From Raja brachyura (Eukaryota), in assembly GCA_963514005.1 (NCBI GenBank), contig OY740804.1, forward strand, positions 19,530,001 to 19,594,000: 64,000 nt of DNA, given 5' to 3'. How positions within the stretch are numbered: position 1 is the first letter of the stretch; every line of letters begins with the position of its first letter. Positions 1 to 13,152 of this stretch are shown one piece after another. Under the pieces are notes generated by a model. That model saw nothing but the letters and a program-made list of their open reading frames with translations, was not told where the DNA came from and ran no database searches. A program made the translations under genes and the position numbers.

Positions 1-1825
1 TACAGGGACAAGATGGAGTCACAGATGGAGCAGCAGGACACCAGACGCCTGTGGCAGGGGCTACGGACTATAACCAACTACCGGAGCACCCCACCCTCAT
101 CCGCAAGTGCCGGCACCTCCCCAGCTGATGACCTGAACTCTTTTTACGCACGGTTCGAGATGGGCAACACCACCCCAGATCTGCCACCAGCGGGCTGGCT
201 AACGAAGCTGATGGGAGGAATGAGCACACATTCTCGCTGTCCGAGCACAATGTGAGGAGGGCTCTGACACGGGTGAACACGAGGAAAGCTGCAGGACCCG
301 ATGGCATCTCGGGACGAGTACTTAAGTCCTGTGCTACGCAGCTAGCTCTGGTGCTCACTACAATATTCAACCTCTCCCTGGACAAGTCCGTAGTCCCTGC
401 CTGCTTCAAAAGATCCACCATTGTACCTGTACCAAAGAATGCCTCCCCAGCCTGTCTGAATGACTACCGTCCGGTGGCCCTCGCCTCGGTAGTCATGAAA
501 TGCTTTGAGAGGCTGGTGAAGAAACACATCTGCGCCTTCCTCCCTCACAACATGGACCCGTTACAATTTGCATACCATCTGAACAGATCCATGGACGATG
601 TTGTCTCCCAGGTTTTGCATACCGCTCTCTCCCATCTTGACAGCCAGAAGGGGGGCTACGTGAGGATGCTGTTCATAGACTTCAGTTCAGCCTTCAACAC
701 GATAGTCCCCACCAGACTGGCCGAGAAGCTGCTGGAATTAGGGCTCAACACCCCACTGTGTGCCTGGGTCCTGGACTTTCTCACCACCAGGCCCCAGGTA
801 GTCAAGATGGGAGGGAATACATGGAAGTCCCTCACCCTGAGCACAGGATCCCCCCAGGGTTGCGTCCTCAGCCCCCTGTTGTACTCCCTGTACACACATG
901 ACTGTGTGGCTAGGTTCAGCTCCAACTCGATAATCAAGTTTGCTGATGACACCGTGGTGGTGGGCCTGATCTCAGACAACGATGTGAAGGCCTACCGAGA
1001 GGAGGTAGCTGATCTGGCACTCTGGTGTCAGGACAACAGCCTCCTCTTGAACATCAAAAAAACAAAGGAGCTGATCGTGGACTTTAGGAGGGCACATCAT
1101 CCGAGGACGTACACACCATTGAGGATAAATGGGGATACTGTGGATAGGGTGAGCTGTTTTAAATACCTGGGAGCCCACATCTCTGAGGATCTGACATGGA
1201 CATCGCACGCTGCAGCACTTGTGAGTAAGGCAAGGCAGCGCCTTTACCACCTCAGGCAATTGAGGAAATTCAGAGTGTCTCTGAGGATCCTCCAGTGCTT
1301 CTATTCTGCGGCTGTGGAAAGCATCTTGTCCGGAAACATTACAATCTGGTTTGGGAATTGCTCTGCCCAGGACAAGAAGGCTCTGCAGACAGTAGTGCGT
1401 TCGGCTGATCGCACTATGGGGACTTCTCTCGCCCCTCTGCAGGAACTATACATCAGGAGGTGCAACTCCAGAGCCAATAAGACAATGGGAGACCCCTTCC
1501 ACCCTTGCAATGGACTGTTCCAGCTGCTACGGTCAGGCAAATGCCTCCATTGCCATGCTGTGAGAACGGAGAGGATGAGAAGGGGTTTCATCCCAGAGGC
1601 CATTCAGACTGTAAACTCCTATCTCACCAGGGACTAACTCTACTACAGTTACTGTACCACAATACCGCCCACAATATTTTATTAAGGAAAAGAACATGTG
1701 ATTCTGTTTGTAGTATGTTGGTTGTTTGTTTGTTTTTTGCACAAAGTCCGTAGGCACTGCCACTTTTCATTTCACTGCACAACCCGTATGTGTATGTGAC
1801 GAATAAACTTGACTTGACTTGACTT
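1..1825 (+). mobile_element. Rex1/Babar-type non-LTR retrotransposon, 3' part (runs off the window's left edge)
   Basis: ORF 252-1637 is an RT with [42 protein letters not shown] and FKYLG motifs. A frameshift near 250 joins it to ORF 13-255. It ends in AATAAA plus a (CTTGA)n tail at 1802-1825. Confidence 0.88.
252..1637 (+). CDS. Reverse transcriptase domain of the Rex1-type LINE (TE-encoded, probably defective)
   Basis: 461-aa ORF with the full set of non-LTR RT motifs, including FADD. Confidence 0.75.
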   Translation: MRRALTRVNTRKAAGPDGISGRVLKSCATQLALVLTTIFNLSLDKSVVPACFKRSTIVPVPKNASPACLNDYRPVALASVVMKCFERLVKKHICAFLPHNMDPLQFAYHLNRSMDDVVSQVLHTALSHLDSQKGGYVRMLFIDFSSAFNTIVPTRLAEKLLELGLNTPLCAWVLDFLTTRPQVVKMGGNTWKSLTLSTGSPQGCVLSPLLYSLYTHDCVARFSSNSIIKFADDTVVVGLISDNDVKAYREEVADLALWCQDNSLLLNIKKTKELIVDFRRAHHPRTYTPLRINGDTVDRVSCFKYLGAHISEDLTWTSHAAALVSKARQRLYHLRQLRKFRVSLRILQCFYSAAVESILSGNITIWFGNCSAQDKKALQTVVRSADRTMGTSLAPLQELYIRRCNSRANKTMGDPFHPCNGLFQLLRSGKCLHCHAVRTERMRRGFIPEAIQTVNSYLTRD

Positions 1826-4800
1826 CAACATCCCCCTCCCCTGTGAGGCAACACCCTGGCTGAAAACAGCCAAATTCCTCACTCTCAGCACATCACGATA
1901 GAAACTAGGCAAACCCCGTAAGGCGGGTCGACTGATGCCCGCCACCAGGAGCCACGAAACCCCCCTTAGGCAACGACCCCGACGGTAAAAATACGTGGCC
2001 AGAGCGTGCCATCTGGGGGGGTTCTCCGCATACATATACCTCCGCAGAGTCCTGAGACGGAGAGCCGCCACCTGGTTACACACGCATACCAAGGACTGGC
2101 TGCCTTCTTCTAACGAGAGACTCTGCAGAAACCCAGTGCTTCCTAATTCCCCAAAATAAATCCACCAGCTTCTTCTGTAAAGCAGTTACAAACATAGAGG
2201 GCGGGACCAGAGTAGCCAGTCGCTACCATAACATGGAGGCCACCAGCTGGTTTATGACCAGCACCCTCCCCTGAAAAGAAAGAAGAAGCTGGCCTGACCA
2301 GCGTCCCAGCCGGGCGACGGATTTCATCTCCAGCTCCAGCCAGCTCGCTGCCAAGCATCCTCAGTGGAATCAGGTACACCAGATAGAGGAGGTGTGTGGT
2401 GCTCCACGCATACAATGTCATCTCCTCCAGCAGGGAGTCTACCTGCCACTGACCCACTAAAAGCCTAGAACACTTACTCCAGTTAATCCTGGCAGATGAT
2501 GCAGCCAAGAAAATCTTTTGGCAGTCACGCATCCTCCACAGGTCACCAGGGTCAGTGAACGTAAGGAACGTAAGGAGTATATCATCGGCATAAGCCGAAA
2601 GAACCACCTCCAACCGCGGGCCAGGTAGGGCCAGGCCTGTCAACCGCCTCCGAAGAAGACACAGGAACGGTTCCACACAGACCGAGTACAACTGGCCAGA
2701 CATGGGGCACCCCTGACGATCCCCCCTCCCAAAATGAATGGGAGCCAACAACACACCATTAACCTTCACAAGACACTCCACTGCAGCGTACGAAAGCTGG
2801 ACCCTGCCAACAAAATGCGGTCCAAACCCAAACGCTTGCAATGTCCTGAAGAGGTAGTCATGCTCTACCCTGTCAAAAGCCTTCTCCTGATCAAGAGACA
2901 GAAAAGCAGCTGACTGACCACTACCCTGAGATAGATGAATCAGGTCCCTAACCAGGTTGATGTTATCCTGAATGGACTGGCCAGTATAGGGCTGGTCAGT
3001 TGAGACAGCACAGAGCCCAGGCAATTTGGCATCGCCCGTGGAAAAACTTTGTACTCTGTACAGAGGAGAGAGACCGGGCGCCTGTTCCTCAACATGCGGA
3101 GTTCACCTTTCTTGGGCAGCAAGACAACGACTGCCCTATGCCACGAGAGGGGCATCTCCCTGGTCGCCAGACTCTACCCCAGAACCTTCATGTAATCAGC
3201 CCCCAGGATGTCCCAGAAGGCTTGAACAAATTCTACCGTCAACCCATCCAGGCTTGCCCCTCCTGAGCTGGTGCAGGGCACGAGTCAACTTCTCCAATGA
3301 TAATGGATCATCAAGAAGTTCGGACACCTCCCTATCTACAATCGGTAGACCCTCCCACAGATCTTGCTGATCCTCTCCGCTGAATCCATCTGCGGAGAAC
3401 AGGGACCCATAAAAGGACCGGACTAAAGCACTGATCCTCTCTGGATCAGCGACAGAGGAGCCATCATCCGCGAGCAGCTCCACGAGCTGTTTGCGGGCTC
3501 CCTGCCTTTTAATGAGAGAGAAAAAGAAAGGTGAATCATGGTCCAGATCATGCAACATCTGGACCCGCGGCCTCACTCAAGTGCCTCAAGTCCGCTCAAG
3601 CTCCTCAAGGCTTCCTTCTTCTCCTGAAGACTCTCCCCATACAGAGGAGTCTTCACCAATCCGACCCAGGCGAGACTCTGCGTCTAGTAGCTCCCTCTCA
3701 AGCCTCTCGACCGCTGAGTCTCGCCTTCCGGTCGACCCCCACGTGTATTCCTTACAAAAGAGACTGATGTGAGCTTTCCCCACATCCCACCACTGCCTAA
3801 GGGATGAGAAGCTCCTCTGCCTCTCTCTCTACTTCACCCAAAACTGACTGATTGACTCCCGGAAACACCGATCCTCCAGGAGCCGGTTATTAAAATGCCA
3901 GTACGCAGACCAAGCCCATTTGCGCGCTGGATTAAAGTCCACACGCACCAGACAGTGGTCCGAGCAAGGCAGCAGTTGCATTGAGGCCACTGAGGCATGA
4001 GAGACATACGCACCGGAGATGTACATGCGATCAATGCGGGAACCACCCCCCTCAGACCTCTGCGAAAAAGCATTGGAATCAGGGTGGAGGTTCCGCCACG
4101 CATCAACTAGCTGAAAGGAATCAATCAAACCTCTCAGCTTCTTCGCTACAGCAGGGGTACACTGAGTTCCAGAATGATCTCGCACCTCAGGTGTGCAATT
4201 GAAATCTCCCCCAAAGAAGACACACTCTCCGCTCTCAATAGTGCTCAACAGAGCAGTCACCTCCTGAAGTAGGCCGGCCTGCATCGTGCCGTTACTGGGG
4301 GCGTACATGTTAATGAAATGCAGCAGCATGTCATCCAGGCTCACGACCAGATGGAGCAAACGTCCTGGCACAACTTCCTGCACCATCAAGATCTCTGGCT
4401 GTAAAGTCAGGGCCAACAGATAAGCCACCCCACTGAATTCGTGCTGAGGTGGCTCATGTAGACTCCCCCTTCCCACTCCAGTCGCCAGGAGGGTTCGTCA
4501 CGACAACAGCATGCATCTCTTGCAGAATACTCACTGCATATTTCCCCTCTCTGAGGACTGGCAGATGATGAAATCTATGAAAGCTGGCTCTACTACCATT
4601 TAAATTTAAAGTGGCAACCACGAATGTGCAAACACACTAGATTGTGTTGCTCACACTTCTCGTGGGCTCAGCTACTTTCTCTCTGAGGAACTTAAAAAAG
4701 CCCCCAAAGTGACGCTTCTCAGACTCAGGAAGGTCACTGTCTTTGCTGACAAGGATAATATTAAGAGCCTTAATAAATCCCTGCAGATCTGTCCACCATC

Positions 4801-7575
4801 TCCGAGCTGCTTCAATTCTAGTCTTAGCACTCCTGTTTGTTTTTAGAAAGTCTCGTAACTCACAGATAATGACTGTTCAAGACACAGCCCTGGAGTCCAG
4901 GCGCTCTGCCAACCCACTCACACCTGGAGCAGCATCCTCCCCTGTACTGCGCTCAAGGTCATTGTCAGAGTTCGAAGGACTACGGGGCTGTGTCTTGAAA
5001 GCTCACTCACCCATTGCACAAGCCGGCCCCATCGCTCTCCCCCTCCTCCGGCATGACACCACCCCCAGGATCAATGCCGAGGGAGGGTCCCGCTACCTCT
5101 GTCCGGTGAAAGGCCAGGCTCTTGCACTCTTCCACCACCCCCCACGTCTGGGCCTGGGGAAGAAAAAACAAGAGACACCCCCAGGGACCGTGGTGCGCAG
5201 TCACCCCCAGAATCCGAAAGAGGGACACAAGCCGAAACAGCCGCGACCCCCACAGCACCCAGAGTATCCGCTCCACTGGCACCACCTAGAGAGTCTCCAC
5301 CCTCCACCACCAGGGGAGTAACCTCACCAAGACCCACTGAAAGAGCTGGTGCTTTGGGAATCTCCCCTAATACCTCAGCCTGTGAGGCAGCACATCGCAC
5401 AGCACCTCCATTGGCTCTAATAAGGAGCACAGACTGGGACATTGGTACCAGATGTCTCCCCCTTCGGGCCGACTCTGCTCATCCCCCATCCCAGGGGACA
5501 CATTTCCAGGGGAACCAACCCCAACAACTGGCATGCCAACACCCTCGGAAGGCCTCTGAAATGAGGGGAGCTCCTCCGACCCAGAAGACACACTCCCAGG
5601 GGAGCTATCCTAAATACCCGGTGAGATAACTCCCTCAGAAGGCCCCTGAGACGAGGGGACAACCACCGGCCCAGAGGACCCAATTCCAGGGGAGTCAACC
5701 CCAGTAACTGGTCTGGTAACACCCACGGAGGTCCCTGAAACAGAGGCCCAACCTCCGGCCCAGAAGACACCAGTTTGTGGCCACCATCCTCATCAGGGGT
5801 GGAAGGTGTTGAAGTAGGTGTTGGGCCCACAACCTTGCTCTCCCTCTCCAGGCCCACACCTTCCTTTAGTCTCGCTGGCATGCGGCGGTACGGTGACCTC
5901 CATAAAGGGAACGTCCTCCGCCTCCACACCACCCGCTGCCTCTTTTCCACCCCCACGTGAGTAAGAGTACCTTCCCTGCCCCCTTCTGAACCACCTCCGC
6001 TCTTTGCTGAACCACACCAGGTCCTGGACCTCACTGGGGCCAACAGGCACCCCTTGGGTGGGCTCAGGTCTAGGCAAGGGCCCATCCACTTGCATTTGAC
6101 TCGCTTGGAGGAGCTTATTCTTCTTCTTAGACCTCTTCTTCTGCACCACCCAACCCCCCCACTCCCCCTTTCGCATTTCCCCTGTGCCTCGCCATCAACC
6201 ACCACAGGTTCAGGATGTAGGGGGCGGGGGCCATCACGGCCCTGGGTCGCCAAGGCAGAGCTGACAGTCCCAAATGGGTTACCGAGGCGGAGCTAACAGT
6301 CCCAGCCGTGTCACCAGTACCGCCCTGGGTCACCGAGGCATAACAGGCCACCCCGGACGGGCCAGCAATGCAATCCTGGGCCACTGCGTTAGAATTTCTA
6401 GTAGTGGCCCGGCGATTGGTACAATCCCTGCGGAGATGTCCAAACTCTCTGCACACATGACCCCGAGCCTCTCCCCAACTCCAATACAAGCGGTTGGGAA
6501 CACCCCTAATGGTCCACAACAAAGCTCCTGTCAGTGCCCAACCCCTCTTCCACCTTCATAAAAACCCGCCCATTGAAACTCAAGACCCGTTTTTCATACG
6601 GGTCATTCCAGGGGTGCATAAGCCTGGTAAGCTTAGACCGCACCTCCCCAATCTTTCCCAAGTGTGGAAGAATTTTTACATCCCGGAAAAACGTGGGACA
6701 ATTCCGCAGGAGAAATGGTTTCACAGTGGACACCCATGGTTCCACCAGTATAAAGACCCCCTCCACTGTGAGGCCCCTCCACAATGCTAGGGCCACATCC
6801 TCCCGAACTTTAATATCAACCCAACCTTCCCTCCTGCAATCTCAAAAGATGCAATAACATCCCTCTTAAAAAGATGATGCAAGCCCTTTGCAATTACACC
6901 CCTGCTCCACAGGAACCCGGTTTGGACCGAGATCCCATATATATCGCCATCCAAATCAACATAAGGTTCATCCTCAAATGTCCCCGAAACCGCTGCCGAA
7001 GCCATAGCTGCATAACTCCAAGCCCAAGGCTGAGCCCCCGCCATCTTGACAGTGGCACAAACCAGCTCCAGGAACACCAGCAACTCAGGTCAAAGGCGAT
7101 CTCAGAGACAGTCACAGTCCAGATAAGCAGCAGAAGCAGTTTCCTCCAACCGATGTAAGGAAAGTCCGCACGCTCAACTCCACAGCCGAGAGCAGCTTTT
7201 GGGAGGCTCCTTAAAGCCCTTCCGAAATTTCCAGAAACTGCCGGAAGCGAAAAGTACCTTCTTCACATTAAGCCCAGGCAGCTGCACTGTGCAAAACAAC
7301 ATTGGGGCAGAGAATCGGTGCTAGGAATGTCAAAGACATTGAAGTCTTACCTACCCTCGATCTCCAGGCACCCTGGGTAATCCGCCAGCCACGGCCAACG
7401 TTAAGTCAGTCTGTGAAATCTCACTTGCTTTGTCCCTCTTCCTTCGACTGGAAGCTGCTCCCGGTTGCTTCCAAACTTCTCAGCTGCCGGAGCTCAGAAA
7501 GTCACAGTCTCTCCCTCTCGCTCTCTCTCTCTCTCTCCCTCTCTCTCTTTTTTTCCCTCTCTCTCTCTCTCCCAG
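1826..7575 (-). mobile_element. Tx1-like L1-clade LINE (ORF1 + ORF2), defective; 3' part interrupted by the Rex1 insertion
   Basis: ORF2 starts near 4620 (VATLNLNG). It has APE endonuclease motifs (GGDFNC, SRIDR, SDHCLV) and RT motifs (LSLDQEKAFDRVEH, RQGCPMSG, SAYADD), broken by frameshifts. ORF1 region about 7050-4650 has SYAA and a degenerate zinc knuckle (HVCREFGHLRRDC). Confidence 0.85.
7507..7572. repeat. (CT)n microsatellite at the 5' boundary of the Tx1-like element
   Basis: Direct reading of the sequence. Confidence 0.85.
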
Positions 7576-8264
7576 AATTCAAATTAGTCAGAAAATGGTG
7601 TTAGGTCAATTCTTGGGACTGAAGGCAGATAAATTCCCAGGGCCTGATGGTCTGGATCCAAGAGTACTCAAGGAGGTGACCCAATAAATCGTGGATGCAT
7701 TGGTGATCATTTTCCAATGTTCTCATGACTCTGGATCAGTTCCTGTGGACTGGGGGGTAGCAAATGTAACTCCACTTTTTCAGAATGGAGGGAGCGAGAA
7801 AAGGGGGAATTATAGACCAGTTAGCCTTACATCGGTAGTGGGGAAGAGCTCGAGTAGATTATTAAAGATGTTCTAACAGCGCATATGGAAAGCAGTGACT
7901 GGATCGTTCAAAGTCATCATGGATTTATGAAGGGGATATCATGCTTGACTAATCTTTTGACATTTTTGAGGATTTAACAAGTTGAATGTATAAGGGAGAG
8001 CCAGTGGATGTGGTTGGTGTATCTGGACTTTGAAAAAGCCTTTGAACATTTCCCACACAAGAGATTTTACTTTGGAGTCACGTGAGTGACTACGTGAAGA
8101 CCCCGCAGCACGCATGCGCGACATATCGTCGAACGCATTGCGAAGCGACAGGCAGGAGGAGCACCGCTCCTCCAGCGTATGTTTAAAAACGGCCCGCAGG
8201 TAAGTACTTACCATTCCTGAGGTTGTTGTCGGCTCTGTGGTGTTGTATTACAGAGCGCACCAAC

Positions 8265-9506
8265 ATGAAGTCCAGGACAAAGTCCAAAAGAGCTGCTGCC
8301 AAAATTGCTGCTGAGGACCGCGAAGGAGGCAGCCAGCAGCGGTCGAGTTCTCCAGAGCTGCTGATACAAACTGCAGCCCCCGACTTCACGTAGCTATAGC
8401 CCACAGGTGCTCCTCGGACTGGCGGCAAAACCACCCGGAAGTTGGACAGGTTCGCTGACTCAGCTGAGTCCGGACCGGAGGACACCCCGCCCGCGGGAAG
8501 CGACGGCGATCGACTATCCCACATGGAGCGGATGGTGGAGCAGTTGCTCCAACGTGACCTGCTGCAGCAGGGGTATGGTCACAGTGGGTCTCCTCGCAGG
8601 CCCACGGCAGCATCCTTTACAGGACTGCCAAATGTCTCACCCTTCTTGCAGGGGAGCATAAGGAGTCAGAACTGGGCTGACTCTGAAGAAGGGAGCATGG
8701 CTAAAGATACACCTATGCTAGGGGTGCCAGAAGAGGAGCTATTGGGAATGGTCACGAAATTTGCGATGCCTACCCAAAAAGAGCTGCCATTACCTCCAAA
8801 GTTGGCAGCCAGTATCACCTACATGGCAACTAACCAACTTCAAGAACAAGCCATTAATGACAGTGCAGTCAAATACTTAGCTCCAGAGAATTGTGTCTCC
8901 CTCAACGTGCCTGCTGTTAACAACCCCATTTGGGGTAACATGAGCCCTGGCATCAGGAGCTAGGATGTGAAACTCCAGAAGATCCTTAAACTACTGGCTG
9001 CTGGAATTACGGCCTTTGCCAGGTCAGTGGACGGAATGGAAAAACCGGAGGAGCTACAGGACGCGCTAGCTCTCCTATGTAACACTCAGTATGAGATAAA
9101 CAGTTACAGGAAGAGTGTCATCCGGCCTGCACTGAACCCCAAGTTCGCGGGGTTGTGCAGACCCAGCACTGCACAGCCGGCAACATTACTATTCAGGGAC
9201 AACTTGCCTAAACAGGTCAAAGACCTCGATGAAGAGGCAAAGGCAATAGGCATGATTAAAATGCCGGCTGCCACCAAGTCCTCATACCAGCGGCGACAGC
9301 ACCCCTATGCATCCACCAGCAGACAACGCTACAACAGCGATAGACCACCTGCTGGTGAAAGCTCGAAGGCCGTTCAACCTGCTCAACGGTCTTTTTTAGA
9401 CCATGGCCCAGCACGGCCTTCTTGGAAGATGCGCCACTCCCACACCACAGCGCCTCCACATCCCAAGAAACAAGGACAGAGGCAACCAACACAGCACCGC
9501 CGGTAA
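8265..9506 (+). pseudogene. DIRS gag-like ORF1 (interrupted by stops)
   Basis: ATG 8265; ORF pieces 8442-8963 and 8967-9506 are in frame across a TAG. RPALNPKFAGLC and LLF..NL are typical DIRS gag C-terminal features. Confidence 0.7.
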
Positions 9507-9508
9507 CC

Positions 9509-11443
9509 ATGGAGGTAGGTGGGTCTGGTTGCCTCAGGAACATCGCATGTTTATACTCCTCACGGGTTGGAGGACGGTTGCACTTGTGTCGGGATGCATG
9601 GAGCACTTTAACCTCTGATCCTTTCATACTGCAAAGTATTCAGGGATATAAAATTGAATTTGTTCACAAACTCCCTTCCCCTGTTCAGCATACACCTAGT
9701 CGAAAGTTTGTACTTTCACAGAAAGAAAAGACAGAAGGTCATGCTGAACTCTTAAAACCACATTCAAAAGGGGTAATTGAGAAAACCAAAAGAGAGTCTC
9801 ATGAGTTTGTATCGAACATTTTCACTAAGAATAAAAAAGACGGCGGATGCCGCATCATTATTGATTTGACAGAACGAAATACTTTCGTGCAGTATGCCCA
9901 CTTCAAAATGGAAACCTTTATCACTGCCAAACAACTAGTTTCCAAGAGGTACTTCATGGCTTGCATCGACCTAAAGGTTGCATACTATTCAGTACCAATA
10001 GACAAGGATCATCGCAGATATTTGAAATTTGTCTGGATGGGGCAGGTCTGGTAGTATAAAGCGCTGCCTAATGGATTATGATCAGCACCCAGACTGTTTA
10101 CCAAATTATTAAAACCAGCTTTAGCGTGTCTCAGAAAACAAAAACATATTGTTATGGCATACCTCGATGACATTGTAATCATGGGGAAAACCTTGGAGTT
10201 GGCCAAATTGGCTGTCTCAGCCACTGAGCACTTATTTAAAAAGCTGGGGTTTATCACCCATCCAGATAAATCAAAATTGATGCCTTCTACCACTATGGAC
10301 TATTTGGGATTCACAATTGACTCTGTTCATATGTCTGTCACATTGTCACCGAACAAAGCGTCAGACTTGATAGAAGCATGCAACAGCCTTACTGGCATCA
10401 GGAAACCGTCTATTCGGCAAGTAGCCAGGGTGATTGGGAAGCTTGTGGCTGCTTTCCCAGCCACAAAATTTGGGCCAGTGCATTACCAAAACCTACAAAG
10501 GGCAAAAATTGCAGCACTCAAGCACCATGCGGGCCATTTTGACAGGCCAATGCAATTACCAGGGAAAGCAAAATTGGAATTACAATGGTTGTTAGACAAT
10601 GCTTGACATTGCTCTAACCCCATCACAATCGCAAATCCCTCGGTTATACTACAAACTGATGCCAGCGCACAAGGTTGGGGAGCAACTAATACCACCTCCA
10701 GTTGCGGTGGTAGATGGAATGCACATGAATTAACCCTACTACCAGCACTAGGAATTAACTATCTAGAAATGCTGGGAGGATTTCATGGACTCCGGGCTTA
10801 CTGTTCGGACTTGCACCATCTGCATGTATGCTTACAAATTGATAATACCACTGTGGTGGCTTATATCAATCATATGGGTGGAATAAAGTCGATATCCTGT
10901 GACGAATTGGTCAATACAATCTGGCACTGGTGCCTAGAAAGGAGTATTTGGATATCAGCCACTTACCTTCCAGGTTGGCTAAATACAGTGGCGGACACCA
11001 GGTCACGCAAGTTTAATGACAACACCGAATGGATGTTGGACCGCAAAGTGTTTGCCGATATTGTAGATCAGTATGGAACACCAGATATCGACCTTTTTGC
11101 ATCCAGACTTAATCACCAAATATCAACATATGTTGCATGGAAACCAGACCCTGAGGCAGTAGTGATGGACGCCTTCTCGCTACACTGGGGGGATTTGTTT
11201 TTCTATGCATTTCCCCCCTTCTGCCTCATCAGTCGGGTCTTGCAAAAAATTCAGCAAGACTCCGCATTGGGTATTCTGGTTGTGCCCGACTGGCCTACTC
11301 AACCATGGTTCCCTGTGGTACTGGACATGGTCTCAGAACCATGCATTCCAATACCTAAATGTCCGAGTTTATTGGTGCACCCTGTGACAGGGGAGAGTCA
11401 CCTATGCCATGACCGGATGAACCTATTGGTTTGCAGGGTTTGA
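9509..11443 (+). pseudogene. DIRS pol: reverse transcriptase, RNase H and DNA N6-adenine methyltransferase-like domain
   Basis: VGGRL..W..LTSDP..GY.IEF start; RT (FKMET, IDLK.AYY, YLDD); RNase H (TDASAQGWG, INYLE, DNTT); MT (IDLFASRLN, DAF, YAFPPF). Several in-frame stops, e.g. 10052 and 10604. Confidence 0.88.
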
Positions 11444-12395
11444 AAAGGCCACTTCTGGATTTTGGACTCTCGGACCGAACAATCAATATCATCACAGCAT
11501 CGTGCAGGGAGTCCACCAGGAGACAGTACCTCACTTACGTGAAGAAATGGGAGGTGTTCTGTGCCAAAACAAACACCACATATGACACAGCTACCATCAC
11601 GGAAGTGCTGGAGTTCCTTTCAATGAAGGTTTGAGCTACAGTGCCATCAACTGTGCCAGAAGTGCCCTATCCAATTATCTCGGACAAGGTTATGATCACC
11701 TTACAGTGGGGTCTCACCCTTTGGTGTCGAAACTAATGAGGGGAATATTTAATTCCAATCCCCCCCAGGACTAGATATTCACAGATATCGGCATTGTACT
11801 AACCATGCTCCGAGGGTGGGTACCAATAACGTCCCTTTCATTGGACAAACTGACCTACAAAATGGTCATGCTGATGGCACTCGTGACGGTGCAATCTGTC
11901 CAGTCCCTACACAAGCTAAGTATGGACGCCATGGTTATAACCAACAAAAAGGTAACTTTCTTTATACAGGGGTTACTCAAACAAGACAGGCCTGGATCAT
12001 CTGGCCGAAAGTTGGATTTCCTGGCTTATCCCGTAGACAGCCGTTTATGCATAGTGACCCACCTTTTATGCTACATGGAGGTCACCAAGTGTCTCAGGGG
12101 CACGGAGAGGGCTTTGCTTATAAGTCACAAACGTCCTCATCACAGAGTCACCATGCAAACCATTTCAAGATGGCTAAGGGTGGTATTGGGTGCAGCGGGG
12201 GTGGACACTAACGTGTTTAAATCTCACTCCACCAGGACTGCATCCACATCGGCGGCAAGGATGATGGAAGTTCCAATGGACCACATCCTTGCAACGGCGG
12301 GTTGGACAAATGAGAAAACCTTTCAGCGGTTTTATAATAAACCCGTGGCCGCGCCTGAGATGTTTGCCGACAGAATATTAAGTTCTGTATTATAA
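11431..12395 (+). pseudogene. DIRS tyrosine recombinase (frameshifted)
   Basis: KSHSTR (HxxR), ATAGW and TFQRFY catalytic motifs in ORF 11805-12395. Upstream piece 11431-11634 is in another frame. Confidence 0.88.
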
Positions 12396-13152
12396 TTTCC
12401 CCGATGTAGGGGTATTATTATTTGGTATTGTTAAATAATTACTCTTTTGTTTTTCAGCACAGTTTCATGTCTGAAATACGTTAACATACTTCCTCCATTT
12501 CTCATTATGGCAGTGTGTGAGCATGGATTCGTTCCAGGGCATGAAATCACAGGGCTTTGAAATCGTCACACAGTCACTCACATGACTCCGAAGTAAAATA
12601 GTAAGATTAAATGAGAACTTACCAGTTTGAAGTTTGATCTTTATTTTATGAGGAGTTACGATGAGGGATTACGTGCCCTCCGCTCCCAAACCCTCTATTA
12701 TAAAGGTCAACTGGTATGCTAGTTCTCTTATCTTACTATGTTAGTCAACTCTGTTATCTGTGATTTCGCACCGCTGCTTTGAAGAATGTCGCGCATGCGT
12801 GCTGGCGGGGTCTTCACGTATATATATTAACGATTTAGACAAGGGAATTAAATGTAACATCTCTAAGTTTGCAGATGACACAAAGCTGGGTGGCATTTTG
12901 AACTACGAGGAGGATGCTATGAGGCTGCAGGGTGACTTGGATAGGTTGGTTGAGTGGGCAGAAGCATGGCAGATGCAGTATAACGTGGATAAATGTGAGG
13001 GTATTCACTTTGGTGGCAAGAACATGAAGGCAGATGATTATCTGAATGGTGTCAGATTAGGAGGGGAGGGGGTGCAACGAGACCTGGATGTGCTTGTACA
13101 TCAGTCACTGAAAGCGTGCAGGCAGTGAAGAAAGCCAATGGCATGTTGAATT

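Larger units (their letters stand above)
8065..12820 (+). mobile_element. DIRS1-type tyrosine-recombinase retrotransposon, near full length, defective
   Basis: Left ITR TACGTGAAGACCCCGCAGCACGCATGCGCGACAT (8091-8124) is inverted at 12786-12820. An internal complementary region at 12563-12598 matches the left end 8065-8100. The gag, RT/RNaseH/MT and YR ORFs follow in canonical order. Confidence 0.93.

Noticed and set aside
10769-11443. DNA adenine methyltransferase-like ORF as a bacterial or phage horizontal transfer
   Set aside because: It is the normal MT domain of DIRS1 pol, in frame with RNase H.
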